Source of the DNA: an uncultured bacterium
Lineage (GTDB): Bacteria; Patescibacteriota; Microgenomatia; UBA1400; MFAQ01
Length of the DNA stretch: 64,000 nucleotides
Assembly: GCA_963980225.1 (NCBI GenBank)
Contig: CAXBYW010000003.1
Location: forward strand, 32,431 to 96,430
Direction of reading: 5' to 3'
The number at the start of each line of letters is the position of its first letter. Positions within the stretch are counted from its first letter, which is position 1. Positions 48,669-58,800 of the stretch are shown here, piece by piece. The translations under genes and the position numbers were made by a program. The notes beneath the pieces are model-generated. The model saw only the letters and a list, made by a program, of their open reading frames with translations, was not told where the DNA came from and searched no databases.

Positions 48669-48971
48669 ATGTCCCTGCCCCAGACAGTTTCTATCGTTTC
48701 TACCTCTGTGCTCACTGTTACTGCAGTTATAATTGGTGTCCAGCTAATTCTTATATTAAAGGAACTTCGTCATTCACTACTAAAATTTAACAAAGTTTTA
48801 GACACGGCCGAAAGTTCTCTCCAAAGACTATCTCAACCAGCGACTGCTATTGCTGGCATTCTTGAGGGTTTCAAGCAGTCCGGTACTCTTATTCAAACTA
48901 TCACAGGTTTTCTAAATCGCAACCGGCCTCAAACACCACCTGTAGATATTCCAAACAATGACACAATCTGA
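48669..48971 (+). CDS. hypothetical small membrane protein
   Basis: 100 aa with an N-terminal TM. Confidence 0.35.
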   Translation: MSLPQTVSIVSTSVLTVTAVIIGVQLILILKELRHSLLKFNKVLDTAESSLQRLSQPATAIAGILEGFKQSGTLIQTITGFLNRNRPQTPPVDIPNNDTI

Positions 48972-49290
48972 TCACCCAAAACCAATTTTAGACAATTCAT
49001 TTTCAGCATTCATTGCGGGGTTAGTAGTGGGAATTGCTGGAGCTTTACTTTTAGGCACAGAAGAAGGTAAAAAGATATCCCAAAAAGCCATAGACTCTAT
49101 TCCAGAGGATTTCACTAAGCTGTTCTCCCACCAAAACACCACCCCCACCCCACCACCCCCTCAAGTAACTCCTTCTCCTGGATCTTATGTAAACACAGAG
49201 CAGCCACCCCCACCCCCACCGCTTCCCACCAAACCTTTTCACACACCTACTGATAATTTCTTCTCTTCAAAAGGTCAATCTTTAAAGTAA
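48958..49290 (+). CDS. hypothetical small membrane protein with a polyproline tail
   Basis: 110 aa with a TM, then TPTPPPPQVTPSP...QPPPPPPLPTKP. Confidence 0.35.
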   Translation: MTQSDHPKPILDNSFSAFIAGLVVGIAGALLLGTEEGKKISQKAIDSIPEDFTKLFSHQNTTPTPPPPQVTPSPGSYVNTEQPPPPPPLPTKPFHTPTDNFFSSKGQSLK

Positions 49291-49328
49291 ACATCTATCT
49301 TACCGGCTAGGTTATAATCAAACTCATC

Positions 49329-51113
49329 ATGACAGCTAATCAGTTACGCCAAAAATACCTAGATTTTTTTGTTTCTAAGGGCCACAAGGCCATTCTCCCT
49401 GCACCCCTGATTCCAGAAAGTGATCCGACCACTTTATTCAACAGCGCAGGAATGCAACAATTAGTTCCATATATTCTTGGTCAAAAACATCCCCAGGGCA
49501 CTAGATTGGTGGACTCACAACCATCTGTAAGACTTCATGGTGTCAACGACGACATAAATGAGGTTGGTGATAATCGTCACTTAACTTTTTTCGAAATGCT
49601 TGGAAACTGGTCTCTAGGCGATTATTTCAAAAAAGAACATATTTCTTGGATCTGGGAATTTTTCACCAAGGAACTAGATATATCCAAAGAGAAACTACAT
49701 GTCACAGTTTTCACCGGCACAGAAGATGTCCCTGAAGACACAGAATCGCTAAAAACCTGGAAAAATCTAGGTATTTCTGAGGACCATATCTATAAGTATG
49801 GTGACACTAAGAACTGGTGGAGTCGTTCAGGACCACCTAGTAAAATGCCAGTTGGTGAACCGGGTGGAGCTACTTCTGAGATATTTTTCGAATTTACCCA
49901 GATAAAACATAACTCAAAATTTGGTGAAATATGTCACCCAAACTGTGATTGTGGGCGTTTCTTGGAAATAGGTAATTGCGTTTTTATGGAATATAAAAAG
50001 GAGCCAGGTGGTGGCTTATCTAAACTCCCGAAAAAGAACGTCGATTTTGGTGGTGGTTTTGAGCGAATACTTGCTGCTGTGTTAAATGAGCCAGACATCT
50101 TCAAGACAGAGCTTTTCTATCCTCTAATCCAGAAAATAAAAAAAGCCTCAAATAAACAATACAAACATAACAAATCTGTTATGCAGGTTACCGCTGATCA
50201 TTTAAAAGCGGCTACTTTTCTAATTGCCCAAGGTCTAGAGCCGTCTAATAAACAGCAAGGTTACATTCTCCGACGACTTATACGTCGGGCTGTAATGAAG
50301 ATGCGTAGTCTTGGTATAGAAAATTTTTCTAGAGTTACTAGTGACATTGTTGAGAAAATTAGCGAAACTTACTCAAAAGTTTATTCAGAGGTCAAGGGCA
50401 CTAAAAACATTACCCTAATTTTACTTGCGGAAATAAATAGATTCGAAAAGACCTTAACTAAGGGTTTAAAAGAGTTCAATAAGCTTCAAGAAATTAATGG
50501 AAAAACAGCTTTTCACCTGTTTCAAACATACGGGTTCCCTTTTGAAATTACAGAAGAGCTCGCAAGAGAGAAAGGTTTATCTATAAACAAAAAACACTTC
50601 AAAAAGGAGTTAGAGAAGCACTCAGAAAAATCCCGTACAGCTTCTGCTGGCATGTTCAAGGGAGGGTTGGCTGATCATTCTGAAGTTACCACCAAGTATC
50701 ACACAGTCACTCATCTTCTTCATCAAGCCATGCGTGATATTGTGGGTGAGCACGTAGAACAAGCTGGTTCAAACATTACAGCAGAGAGGTTAAGATTCGA
50801 CTTCACCCATAAAAGCGCGCTCACAGAAAAAGAGATCTTAAAAATAGAGAAAATAATTAACAAAAAAATTCAAGAAAATCTTCCCGTTACTCACAAAGAA
50901 ACATCATATAAAGAAGCAATTAATGATGGTGTATTAGCCTTTTTCAAACAAAAATATCCAGACAGAGTCACTATTTACTCTATTGGAGAATACTCTAAAG
51001 AACTTTGTGGCGGCCCTCATGTAACAAGCACCGGTAAAATTGGTAAGATTAAGGTGGATAAACAAAAGGCTTTGGGTCAAGGCCTTAGGCGTGTCTACTT
51101 AAAATTTATCTGA
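49329..51113 (+). CDS. alaS: alanyl-tRNA synthetase (truncated: catalytic, tRNA-recognition and editing domains, no C-Ala domain)
   Basis: AlaRS N-terminal motifs (FNSAGMQQ, GNWSLGDYFK). Editing-site HTVTHLLH and CGGPHV. 594 aa. Confidence 0.8.
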   Translation: MTANQLRQKYLDFFVSKGHKAILPAPLIPESDPTTLFNSAGMQQLVPYILGQKHPQGTRLVDSQPSVRLHGVNDDINEVGDNRHLTFFEMLGNWSLGDYFKKEHISWIWEFFTKELDISKEKLHVTVFTGTEDVPEDTESLKTWKNLGISEDHIYKYGDTKNWWSRSGPPSKMPVGEPGGATSEIFFEFTQIKHNSKFGEICHPNCDCGRFLEIGNCVFMEYKKEPGGGLSKLPKKNVDFGGGFERILAAVLNEPDIFKTELFYPLIQKIKKASNKQYKHNKSVMQVTADHLKAATFLIAQGLEPSNKQQGYILRRLIRRAVMKMRSLGIENFSRVTSDIVEKISETYSKVYSEVKGTKNITLILLAEINRFEKTLTKGLKEFNKLQEINGKTAFHLFQTYGFPFEITEELAREKGLSINKKHFKKELEKHSEKSRTASAGMFKGGLADHSEVTTKYHTVTHLLHQAMRDIVGEHVEQAGSNITAERLRFDFTHKSALTEKEILKIEKIINKKIQENLPVTHKETSYKEAINDGVLAFFKQKYPDRVTIYSIGEYSKELCGGPHVTSTGKIGKIKVDKQKALGQGLRRVYLKFI

Positions 51114-51124
51114 ACTATTAGCTA

Positions 51125-53278
51125 ATGAATCTTAAAGAATTACTTACATCTAAAAAGGAGGCTCCCGAGCAAGAAAATTTTTTAGCCCTGGAAATACATG
51201 AATCTCTTATAAAAACCGCCGTTTGGGAAATAGAAGGAGAAGAGCCATCAATGGTTTCAATAGGCTCATTTGAATTATGGGATTCGGAAGAATCATTAAT
51301 CAACGGAGTTGACGCTTCTCTGACTTCTGCCACAAAAAATATATTAAAAAAACCAAAAAAAGTCATTTTGGGTCTCCCAGAACCTTGGCTGGATGGTGAT
51401 AAAATTCATCCGACCAAGACAAGTTTAATAAAAAATGTTCTGACAGAACTAGGTTTAAAGCCAATCGGTTTAGTCACAAGCGCTCAGGCAATAATTCACC
51501 ATCTAAAAAAGAAAGAAGGGATCCCCCCTTCAGCAATTCTTTTAGAAGTATACCCAGATAAGGTAACTGTCGCAGTGGTAAAACTAGGTAAGGTCGAGGC
51601 GATAGAAGAGGTTGGTCGTTCAGGCGAACTTAATAAAGATGTTCAGGAGGGTCTAACTAGATTGAATTTAGATCAACTTCCCCCCCGCTTTGTTTTAACT
51701 AATGGGTCTAACCTAGAGGAAGAACAACAACAATTACTCTCCTACCCTTGGAGGGAAAAACTGCCATTTGTTCATTTACCAAAAGTAGAGGTTTTATCCG
51801 CCGAGTTCAGTATAGAGGCAATTGCTCTGGCGGGAGGATTAGAAGTAGCCAGCTCACTTGGTGCAGTGGTGAATGAGGAAGTTATGGCCCCCCCCACCAA
51901 GAACAGTCTGTCTAATTTGGGCTTTCATGTTGAGAAACCAGAATCCCGATCAGACAGCGATAAACCTGTCTTTAAAGAGAAACCCACTATTCAAGATAAA
52001 CCCATAGCCAAAAAGGTACAAGAGGTAATAAAAGAGCCATCACCCTCAGTAGTTTCCCAACAATCTCCTACAAGAGAACCTTATTTAAGCCACTTTAAAA
52101 ATATCGTTCGTTCATTAAAAACAAGGCTAGTAAATGTAAAGAAAAAATCAGGATTAGTAATGCTTTCAGGTTTATTATCCACTCCTATTTTCTTAACAGT
52201 TGCCTACTTCACCCTGGCTTCGGCTCAAGTAATGGTTACCGTAAAAAAAACTTCTTTATCTGAAACAATCAACATATCTTTCAGTGGTGAAGTCAGCCCA
52301 GATAGTATCAATCTACCAATCAATACCCAGACGTTTACCGCCTCGGTCTCAGAGTCAATTTCTACTACTGGTGAAGCTTTGGTTGGGGACAAAGCTTCTG
52401 GTACAGTTATTTTCTATAACGGGACCAATGATTCAATCACAATAAAATCAGGGGCACAAATCGAATCAGACAATCTAATCTTTCTATTAAACACCCCTAC
52501 AACAATTGCTTCTCAAAGCGCCAATAAGGTTGCAGGCACCATAGAGCTTGGTAAGTCAGATAGTCTTTCCGTAACTGCCGTTGGCATAGGGACAAGATAT
52601 AATCTGTCCAAGTCCACAGAGTTTAGTGTTGGTAGTTACTCCAGGTCAGTGGTCTACGCCATCGCCGAAAATGATTTCACAGGAGGTTCATCCAGAACAG
52701 TCAAGGCTGTCTCTGAAGACGATCATCAAAAACTACTAGAAATTGCTTCCAACAAAGTAATCTCAGAGATAGACTTAAGGGTGAAGGAACAGGACTCCAG
52801 TTTATCTAGTCTGGTAATAGGTGAGTTGTCATATTCAAAAAAAGATTTTTCCTTGGAAATAGGAGAAGAGGCTGATGTTGTCAGTTTAAACTTAACCGGT
52901 GAAGTAAATGTATTACTTTACTCCGACTCAGAAATTACCAACCAAATAAGTACTCAGTTAATTCCAAAAACAAATCCGGGCATGAAACTCTTGCAAGATC
53001 AATCTAGAATAGAGATCCTCCCTCCACAAATAGGTGAAGATGTGGGCGTCTACAAAACCCAGGCAAAGATCACTGGCTCTCTCATTCCGGTTATAGATCA
53101 AGATCGTTATATATCTCAAGTAAAAGGTAAATCTGTTAATAAGCTTAAAAATATTCTCGAAACCATTCCAGGATATGAAAGCACCAAGATAATTATTAAG
53201 CCAAACATTCCTCTACTGTCTAGATATATTCCTTTGAATAAAAAGAGAGTTTCTCTCAACGTTACCACCACAAGATAG
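51125..53278 (+). CDS. hypothetical bitopic membrane protein, possibly an actin-like (PilM/FtsA-like) cytoplasmic domain plus a large Ser/Thr-rich extracytoplasmic domain
   Basis: The N-terminal roughly 330 aa loosely follow the ASKHA/PilM pattern (ALEIHESLIKTAVWE...KKVILGLPEP...ELGLKPIGLVTSAQAI), followed by a TM near aa 345. Low-confidence inference. Confidence 0.3.
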   Translation: MNLKELLTSKKEAPEQENFLALEIHESLIKTAVWEIEGEEPSMVSIGSFELWDSEESLINGVDASLTSATKNILKKPKKVILGLPEPWLDGDKIHPTKTSLIKNVLTELGLKPIGLVTSAQAIIHHLKKKEGIPPSAILLEVYPDKVTVAVVKLGKVEAIEEVGRSGELNKDVQEGLTRLNLDQLPPRFVLTNGSNLEEEQQQLLSYPWREKLPFVHLPKVEVLSAEFSIEAIALAGGLEVASSLGAVVNEEVMAPPTKNSLSNLGFHVEKPESRSDSDKPVFKEKPTIQDKPIAKKVQEVIKEPSPSVVSQQSPTREPYLSHFKNIVRSLKTRLVNVKKKSGLVMLSGLLSTPIFLTVAYFTLASAQVMVTVKKTSLSETINISFSGEVSPDSINLPINTQTFTASVSESISTTGEALVGDKASGTVIFYNGTNDSITIKSGAQIESDNLIFLLNTPTTIASQSANKVAGTIELGKSDSLSVTAVGIGTRYNLSKSTEFSVGSYSRSVVYAIAENDFTGGSSRTVKAVSEDDHQKLLEIASNKVISEIDLRVKEQDSSLSSLVIGELSYSKKDFSLEIGEEADVVSLNLTGEVNVLLYSDSEITNQISTQLIPKTNPGMKLLQDQSRIEILPPQIGEDVGVYKTQAKITGSLIPVIDQDRYISQVKGKSVNKLKNILETIPGYESTKIIIKPNIPLLSRYIPLNKKRVSLNVTTTR

Positions 53279-53286
53279 TTCTTACC

Positions 53287-54033
53287 ATGCTCTATGAATA
53301 TCGAAAATCAAACCAAGAAAACCCCACACCTGGACATACTATTCCAAATCAAATTCGTTTCTTGCCTACTTTAATTTCTGCCATAGGCTTGGGTTTGGTA
53401 GCCACTGTTATTTGGCCACTGGCCAACTATCATATTTCTTCCAGGATGGGTTTTGATAGTTACAAAAACACTCTTCTTTCTCCTTTAAATTATCAATCAT
53501 TTGCTGTTGACAACCCTGAAGACTCCCTCATACCTATATTGGGTCAGGTAGATTACATAAAAGCTAGTAATTGGTTTAATGCTTCTACTACCACCTTCAC
53601 TCCCATTCCTGACCCGACCATCTCCACATATACGATTAATATCCCTTCCTTGGGAATTGGAGAAGCCACTGTTGATTTAAATAGTGACGACTTGAGTGTC
53701 AGTCTAGTCCACTATCCTCAAACTGCCCTTCCAGGCCAAAATGGCTCCCCAGTTGTTTTTGGTCACTCCACACTCCCTCAATTTTTTGACCCTCAAGATT
53801 ACACAACCATCTTTTCTACCTTGCCAACCATCGAACTGGGGTCAAGTATCTTTGTTACTTCCAATGGAATCAAGTACACATATAAAGTAAACGACATTTA
53901 TCAAGTCAAACCAGAACAAGTAGAGGTCCTCCGTCAAGAATTCGACAAAAAATCTCTCAAATTAATAACCTGTGTACCACCAGGGACAAAACTTAAACGT
54001 CTAGTGGTAGAAGCAGTCTTGCAAAAAATTTAA
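53287..54033 (+). CDS. sortase (transpeptidase)
   Basis: N-terminal TM, His in VVFGHST, a LKLITC active-site Cys (TLxTC-like), and a downstream Arg (KRLVV). Confidence 0.75.
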   Translation: MLYEYRKSNQENPTPGHTIPNQIRFLPTLISAIGLGLVATVIWPLANYHISSRMGFDSYKNTLLSPLNYQSFAVDNPEDSLIPILGQVDYIKASNWFNASTTTFTPIPDPTISTYTINIPSLGIGEATVDLNSDDLSVSLVHYPQTALPGQNGSPVVFGHSTLPQFFDPQDYTTIFSTLPTIELGSSIFVTSNGIKYTYKVNDIYQVKPEQVEVLRQEFDKKSLKLITCVPPGTKLKRLVVEAVLQKI

Positions 54034-54037
54034 ACTA

Positions 54038-54427
54038 ATGTCTTCCTATTTATGTATAGACCCAGGCCTATCACACACAGGATTTGCTGTTTCAGGCTCT
54101 ACTCATCTTGTGGAGACGTTAACCACTATTCACACCAAAGATAAAGATAGACTATTGGCTCAAATACTTTCAATAATCAGGGAGCAAAAACCAGACGAAT
54201 TAGTTATTGGTCAACCTTCATTTGGTCCCATACACACCTTGGCTAAAGACTTGCTCAACATTCTCAAAACACATTTCCAAGGTCCAATTCATCTTTTTTC
54301 AGAAGACCTAAGTTCGAAAATCGCTGAGAAGAAAATGCTTCAGTCAGGTGGTTCAAAACATCGTCGTCGTGACAAGAAACATAGTACTGCTGCAGCTATT
54401 ATTTTGCAAGACTTCCTAAGTTCTTAA
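54038..54427 (+). CDS. ruvX: Holliday-junction resolvase-like RuvX/YqgF
   Basis: LCIDPGLSHTGFAV N-terminus (RNase H-like), 129 aa. Confidence 0.75.
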   Translation: MSSYLCIDPGLSHTGFAVSGSTHLVETLTTIHTKDKDRLLAQILSIIREQKPDELVIGQPSFGPIHTLAKDLLNILKTHFQGPIHLFSEDLSSKIAEKKMLQSGGSKHRRRDKKHSTAAAIILQDFLSS

Positions 54428-54479
54428 TTTATCTGATAGAATCATCTATAGTTAAGTTATTAATTATCAATAAATAAAA

Positions 54480-54683
54480 GTGTTCAAGAATATAATTTCT
54501 CCAGTTCAAGCCTGGTTACTCTCTAGGGGACAGTGTGTCGGCTGTGGAACTTCCCTCAACAGCGGGAGAAAAGACAAGGCAAAAATAAAAAATCACGATA
54601 AAGTTACATGTAAATGTGGCCGCATTTTTATGTTCAACTTGAAGTCTAAAACTTTCAGAAGAGCACTATTTGAAGAGGTTTAG
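54480..54683 (+). CDS. small zinc-ribbon protein
   Basis: CVGCG...x19...CKCG gives four Cys. 67 aa. Confidence 0.35.
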   Translation: MFKNIISPVQAWLLSRGQCVGCGTSLNSGRKDKAKIKNHDKVTCKCGRIFMFNLKSKTFRRALFEEV

Positions 54684-55686
54684 TAAAATTTTATCAATGT
54701 CTCGCCTGTTCCGCTTAATCTCCTTCACCTTGCCCATATTCATCCTGTTTTTATATTTTTCTTATCTGTCTTCTCCTGTAAGCTCATTATCGACCGGTAA
54801 GATTGAGTTTGTAATTCAGCCAGGTCAGAGCTTAGATCAAATAACTAATAACCTAAAAAAGCAGAATATTGTGCGTTCTGCTTCAACCACCAAATTACTC
54901 ATTCTTGCTAAGGGAATAAGTAAAGATATTCAAGCTGGGTATTTCTATCTATCGCCCGCTAATAATCTATCTAAGATAGTGTCAAGTTTAACTGAAGCCA
55001 GTAGTAAGCAAGTATGGGTCACCATCCCAGAAGGTTTACGTCGTGAAGAGGTTGCTTTGATAATAGAAAGTTCATTTAATTCTTCTGTTCCCAACCCAAA
55101 CTTTAGCACTCAAGAGTTTATTTTAGCCACTGAAGGACTAGAGGGTCATTTATTTCCAGAGACATATGCGTTTGATCCTAACAGCTCAACAAAGGATATA
55201 GTCAAAAAACTTACTAATCAGTTTGATCAAGTGATTGAGGATCTGTCAATTCCAATGATTGACTTAGATTCAATCTTAATCTTAGCCTCACTTTTAGAAA
55301 GGGAAGCGAGGGATTCTGATGAAATGCTAGAAATTGCCGGCATACTTAAAAAACGTCTAGAGGCAAATTGGCCTCTTCAAATTGATGCCACTGTTCAATT
55401 TGTCCTCGCAACCCAAACATGTTCAAAGTTAGATTGTGATTATTGGTCAAAAAACCTATCAAGAGATGATATAAACATATCTTCACCTTACAACACATAT
55501 AAGAAAACCGGCTTGCCTTTTGGCCCAATAGCTAGTCCAGGAAAAGAAGCAATAAAAGCATCTTTTCAAGCCACTTCTTCAGGTTATTGGTTTTATCTTC
55601 ATGATGAAAAGGGCCACATCCATTATTCAAAGACAATAGAAGAGCATAATCAGAATATTTGTACATATCTTAAAAAAGACTGCTGA
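54670..55686 (+). CDS. mltG: endolytic murein transglycosylase MltG (YceG family)
   Basis: N-terminal TM and a YceG-like domain. The C-terminal GYWFYLHDEKGHIHYSKTIEEHNQN matches the family ending. Confidence 0.8.
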   Translation: MKRFSKILSMSRLFRLISFTLPIFILFLYFSYLSSPVSSLSTGKIEFVIQPGQSLDQITNNLKKQNIVRSASTTKLLILAKGISKDIQAGYFYLSPANNLSKIVSSLTEASSKQVWVTIPEGLRREEVALIIESSFNSSVPNPNFSTQEFILATEGLEGHLFPETYAFDPNSSTKDIVKKLTNQFDQVIEDLSIPMIDLDSILILASLLEREARDSDEMLEIAGILKKRLEANWPLQIDATVQFVLATQTCSKLDCDYWSKNLSRDDINISSPYNTYKKTGLPFGPIASPGKEAIKASFQATSSGYWFYLHDEKGHIHYSKTIEEHNQNICTYLKKDC

Positions 55687-55715
55687 TTGACAAGCCTAAG
55701 TAATAGTGTTAATAT
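55687..55715 (+). promoter_or_regulatory. consensus sigma70-type promoter (TTGACA-17-TAATAT) upstream of rpoB
   Basis: TTGACA at 55687-55692 directly after the mltG stop. A 17-nt spacer, then TAATAT at 55710-55715. Confidence 0.5.
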
Positions 55716-55734
55716 ATCCAACATAGTCAGTAAT

Positions 55735-55764
55735 CTGGCCAAGTTCTGTATGGCCAGGTTTTTT
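55735..55764 (+). terminator. terminator-like hairpin in the rpoB leader (putative attenuator)
   Basis: CTGGCCA-agttctgta-TGGCCAG stem-loop at 55735-55757, followed by GTTTTTT. It lies between the promoter and the rpoB ATG at 55811. Confidence 0.5.
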
Positions 55765-55810
55765 CTGTCTCTTTAATTAAAATTGCGGTCCAAGTAAATC
55801 TTAATTTTCA

Positions 55811-58800
55811 ATGCATAGAAAAAAACGAGAAAACTGGGGTAATGTAAAACACAAGTTACCCACCCTTGATTTAGTCAAAATTCAATTAGACTCATATTCA
55901 GATTTTCTTAATAATCGTATAGGAGAATCACTTCTCAAGGTAAACCCAATAAAAGACTTTAGTGGCAATGCGTTTCAATTTGAATTTCTAAGTCATAAAA
56001 TTGGCGATCCAAAAACCACCCCGAAAAAAGCCCTAGAAAAAGGAATTACTTTTGATGCGCCCCTATGGGCTATTGCCAAACTCACAAACTTAAAAACCAA
56101 CAAATTTCAAGAAAAAAAGGTATTTTTAGGTGACATTCCATTGATGACATCTATTGGGACTTTTGTGATAAACGGAGTGGAAAGAGTCGTTATTAATCAA
56201 TTGGTTAGAAGCCCTGGAGTCTATTTTACCAAAGAAATAGATCCCCAGTCAGGTCGCCCTCTCCACAAGGCGGAAATAAGACCTATTCATGGATCTTGGA
56301 TTGAAATAATGGTGAGTAAAAACGACCATTTGTCAGTTCGTGTTGACCGTCGTAGAAAAATTTCTGTCACCACTCTACTGAGAGCCATTGGTTTTTCCTC
56401 AAACGAAGAAATAGAAGCTTTGTTTAAAGATGTTGATGTGGACACAGATCATCCATATATAGCCACAACTCTACTTAAAGATACGAGTTCAAATACGGAT
56501 GAAGCTTTGCTAGAATTCTACGAAAAAATCCGTCCTGGAGAACCTGCAGTGCTAGAAAATGCCAAAAACCTATTAAAGCAAATGTTCTTTGACCACCGTC
56601 GTTATAATCTTGGTGCGGTTGGCAGATACAAAACCAATAAAAAACTTGCAAGTTTCCGTTCCGTAAGCACTGACAGCACCACTTTAACAAAGGACGATTT
56701 AGTCGCTACTATTAAATACTTGATTTCTCTTCAAAACGGAAAAGGGAAAACAGATGATATTGACCATTTAGCCAACCGTAGATTACGTCAAGTGGGTGAG
56801 TTAGTAGACCAAACAGCCCTGAGGAGAGGTCTCTTAAGTCTAGAGAGGTCTATTCGTGAAAAAATGAGCTTAGCCAAACCTGAGGAGCTTCACACCCCTG
56901 CCAGCTTCGTTAATCCACGCCCAGTAGTTGCTGCCATAGCAGAGTTTTTCCGTAGAAATCGTCTAAGTGCAATATTAGATCAAGTTAACCCTTTATCTGA
57001 AATAGATACCATTCGTCGTGCTACTGTTATGGGGCCTGGTGGTGTAACCAGGGAAAGGGCAAGTTTTTCAATGAGAGACATCCACAATAGTCAATACTCC
57101 AGGATTGGCCCTATTAGGTCCCCAGAAGGTCCAAATATCGGACTCGTTACCTATTTAGCTCTTTACACAAAAGTCAATAAATATGGTTTTCTCCAGTCTC
57201 CATACTTAAAAGTAGATCAGATTACCAAAAACGACAAACCCCTAATGAAGGTTACTAATGAAATCGTTTATTTAACGGCAGACGATGAAGAGGACTATTA
57301 TATTACTCATGCTGAGGTTGGTCAAAAAAACAGCTATATAACCGATAAGTGGGTGGCTTGTCGTTACCAAGGAGAATTCATCGAGGTCGACGTAAATAAG
57401 GTTCAATATATAGACATAGTCCCTCGTCAGGTAGTTAGTACTTCTGCTTCACTTATTCCCTTTGTCCACCATGATGATGGTATTAGGGCCCTAATGGGAT
57501 CTCATATGCAAACACAAGCTGTCCCATTATTAAAGGCAGAGTCTCCTGTAATCGGGACGGGTATGGAATCAGTGATTGCCAGCTCTATGGGTTGGGTGGT
57601 TAAAGCTCGTCATGCTGGGACAGTGACTTCTTCTGATGGGCAGCATATTAGTATCAAAATATCTAAAAAAGATGCAAGTGAGGCAACTAAAGCTAAGCTA
57701 GAAACAGAGTACGGCTACATTCAAATAAAAAGTGATATAGAGACGTATCAGATTAGAAAATTTTATAGAACTTCCCAAAATACTAGTTATTCCCAGAAAC
57801 CATTAGTGTTAGCTGGTGAAAAGGTAGAGGCAGGAGACTTAATTATAGATGGACCAGCCTCAGAAAATGGAGAGCTAGCTCTGGGACAAAACTTACTTAT
57901 AGCTTATATGTCTTTTGAGGGTTTAGGTTACGAAGACGCCATAGTTGTTTCAAGTAGATTACTTGAAAAGGATCTTCTGTCTTCTATCCACATAAGTGAG
58001 CACACTGCTGAGGTAATGGATACCAAGCTCGGACCAGAAGAGCTAACCAACGATATACCGAATGTATCAGAGCACGATCTCAGATATTTAGGGACCGACG
58101 GGATTATCATTCCAGGATCAGTTGTAGGACCAAGAGACATCTTAATTGGTAAGATCGCCCCCAAAGGAGAAACAGAGCTGACAGCAGAGGAAAGACTGTT
58201 AAGAGCTATATTTGGTGAAAAAGCCAGAGAGGTACGAGACACATCTCTAAAACTCCCGCATGGTGATCAGGGGGTAGTTGTCAGCGTACAAGTTCTCGAT
58301 AGAGAAAAAGGTGATGAGCTAAGTCCAGGGGTAATCCAACAAGTAAAAGTTCAGGTAGCACAACTGAGAAAGATCACTGTCGGTGATAAATTAGCCGGTC
58401 GTCATGGAAACAAGGGAGTTATTAGTAAAATTGTTCCCAAGACAGACATGCCACACATGGCCAACGGACGCCCCATAGACATAATAATTTCTCCTTTATC
58501 AGTTCTTGCAAGAATGAACCTAGGCCAATTGTTAGAAGCTCAGTTGGGTATAGCCGCAGAGGCTCAAGATAAAAAAATAGCAGTACCTGTTTTTGAGAGA
58601 ATACCAGAAGAAAAAATTAATCAACTTTTGGTTAAATCAGGGCTACCTATCTCTGGTAAACTACAACTTTATGATGGTAGAACAGGGGAAAAATTCATAG
58701 AAAAAACTGCCACAGGTGTTGCCTACATTCTAAAATTAATCCATATGGTAGAAGACAAGACTCATGCCCGTTCTACCGGACCTTACTCTCTTGTCACCCA

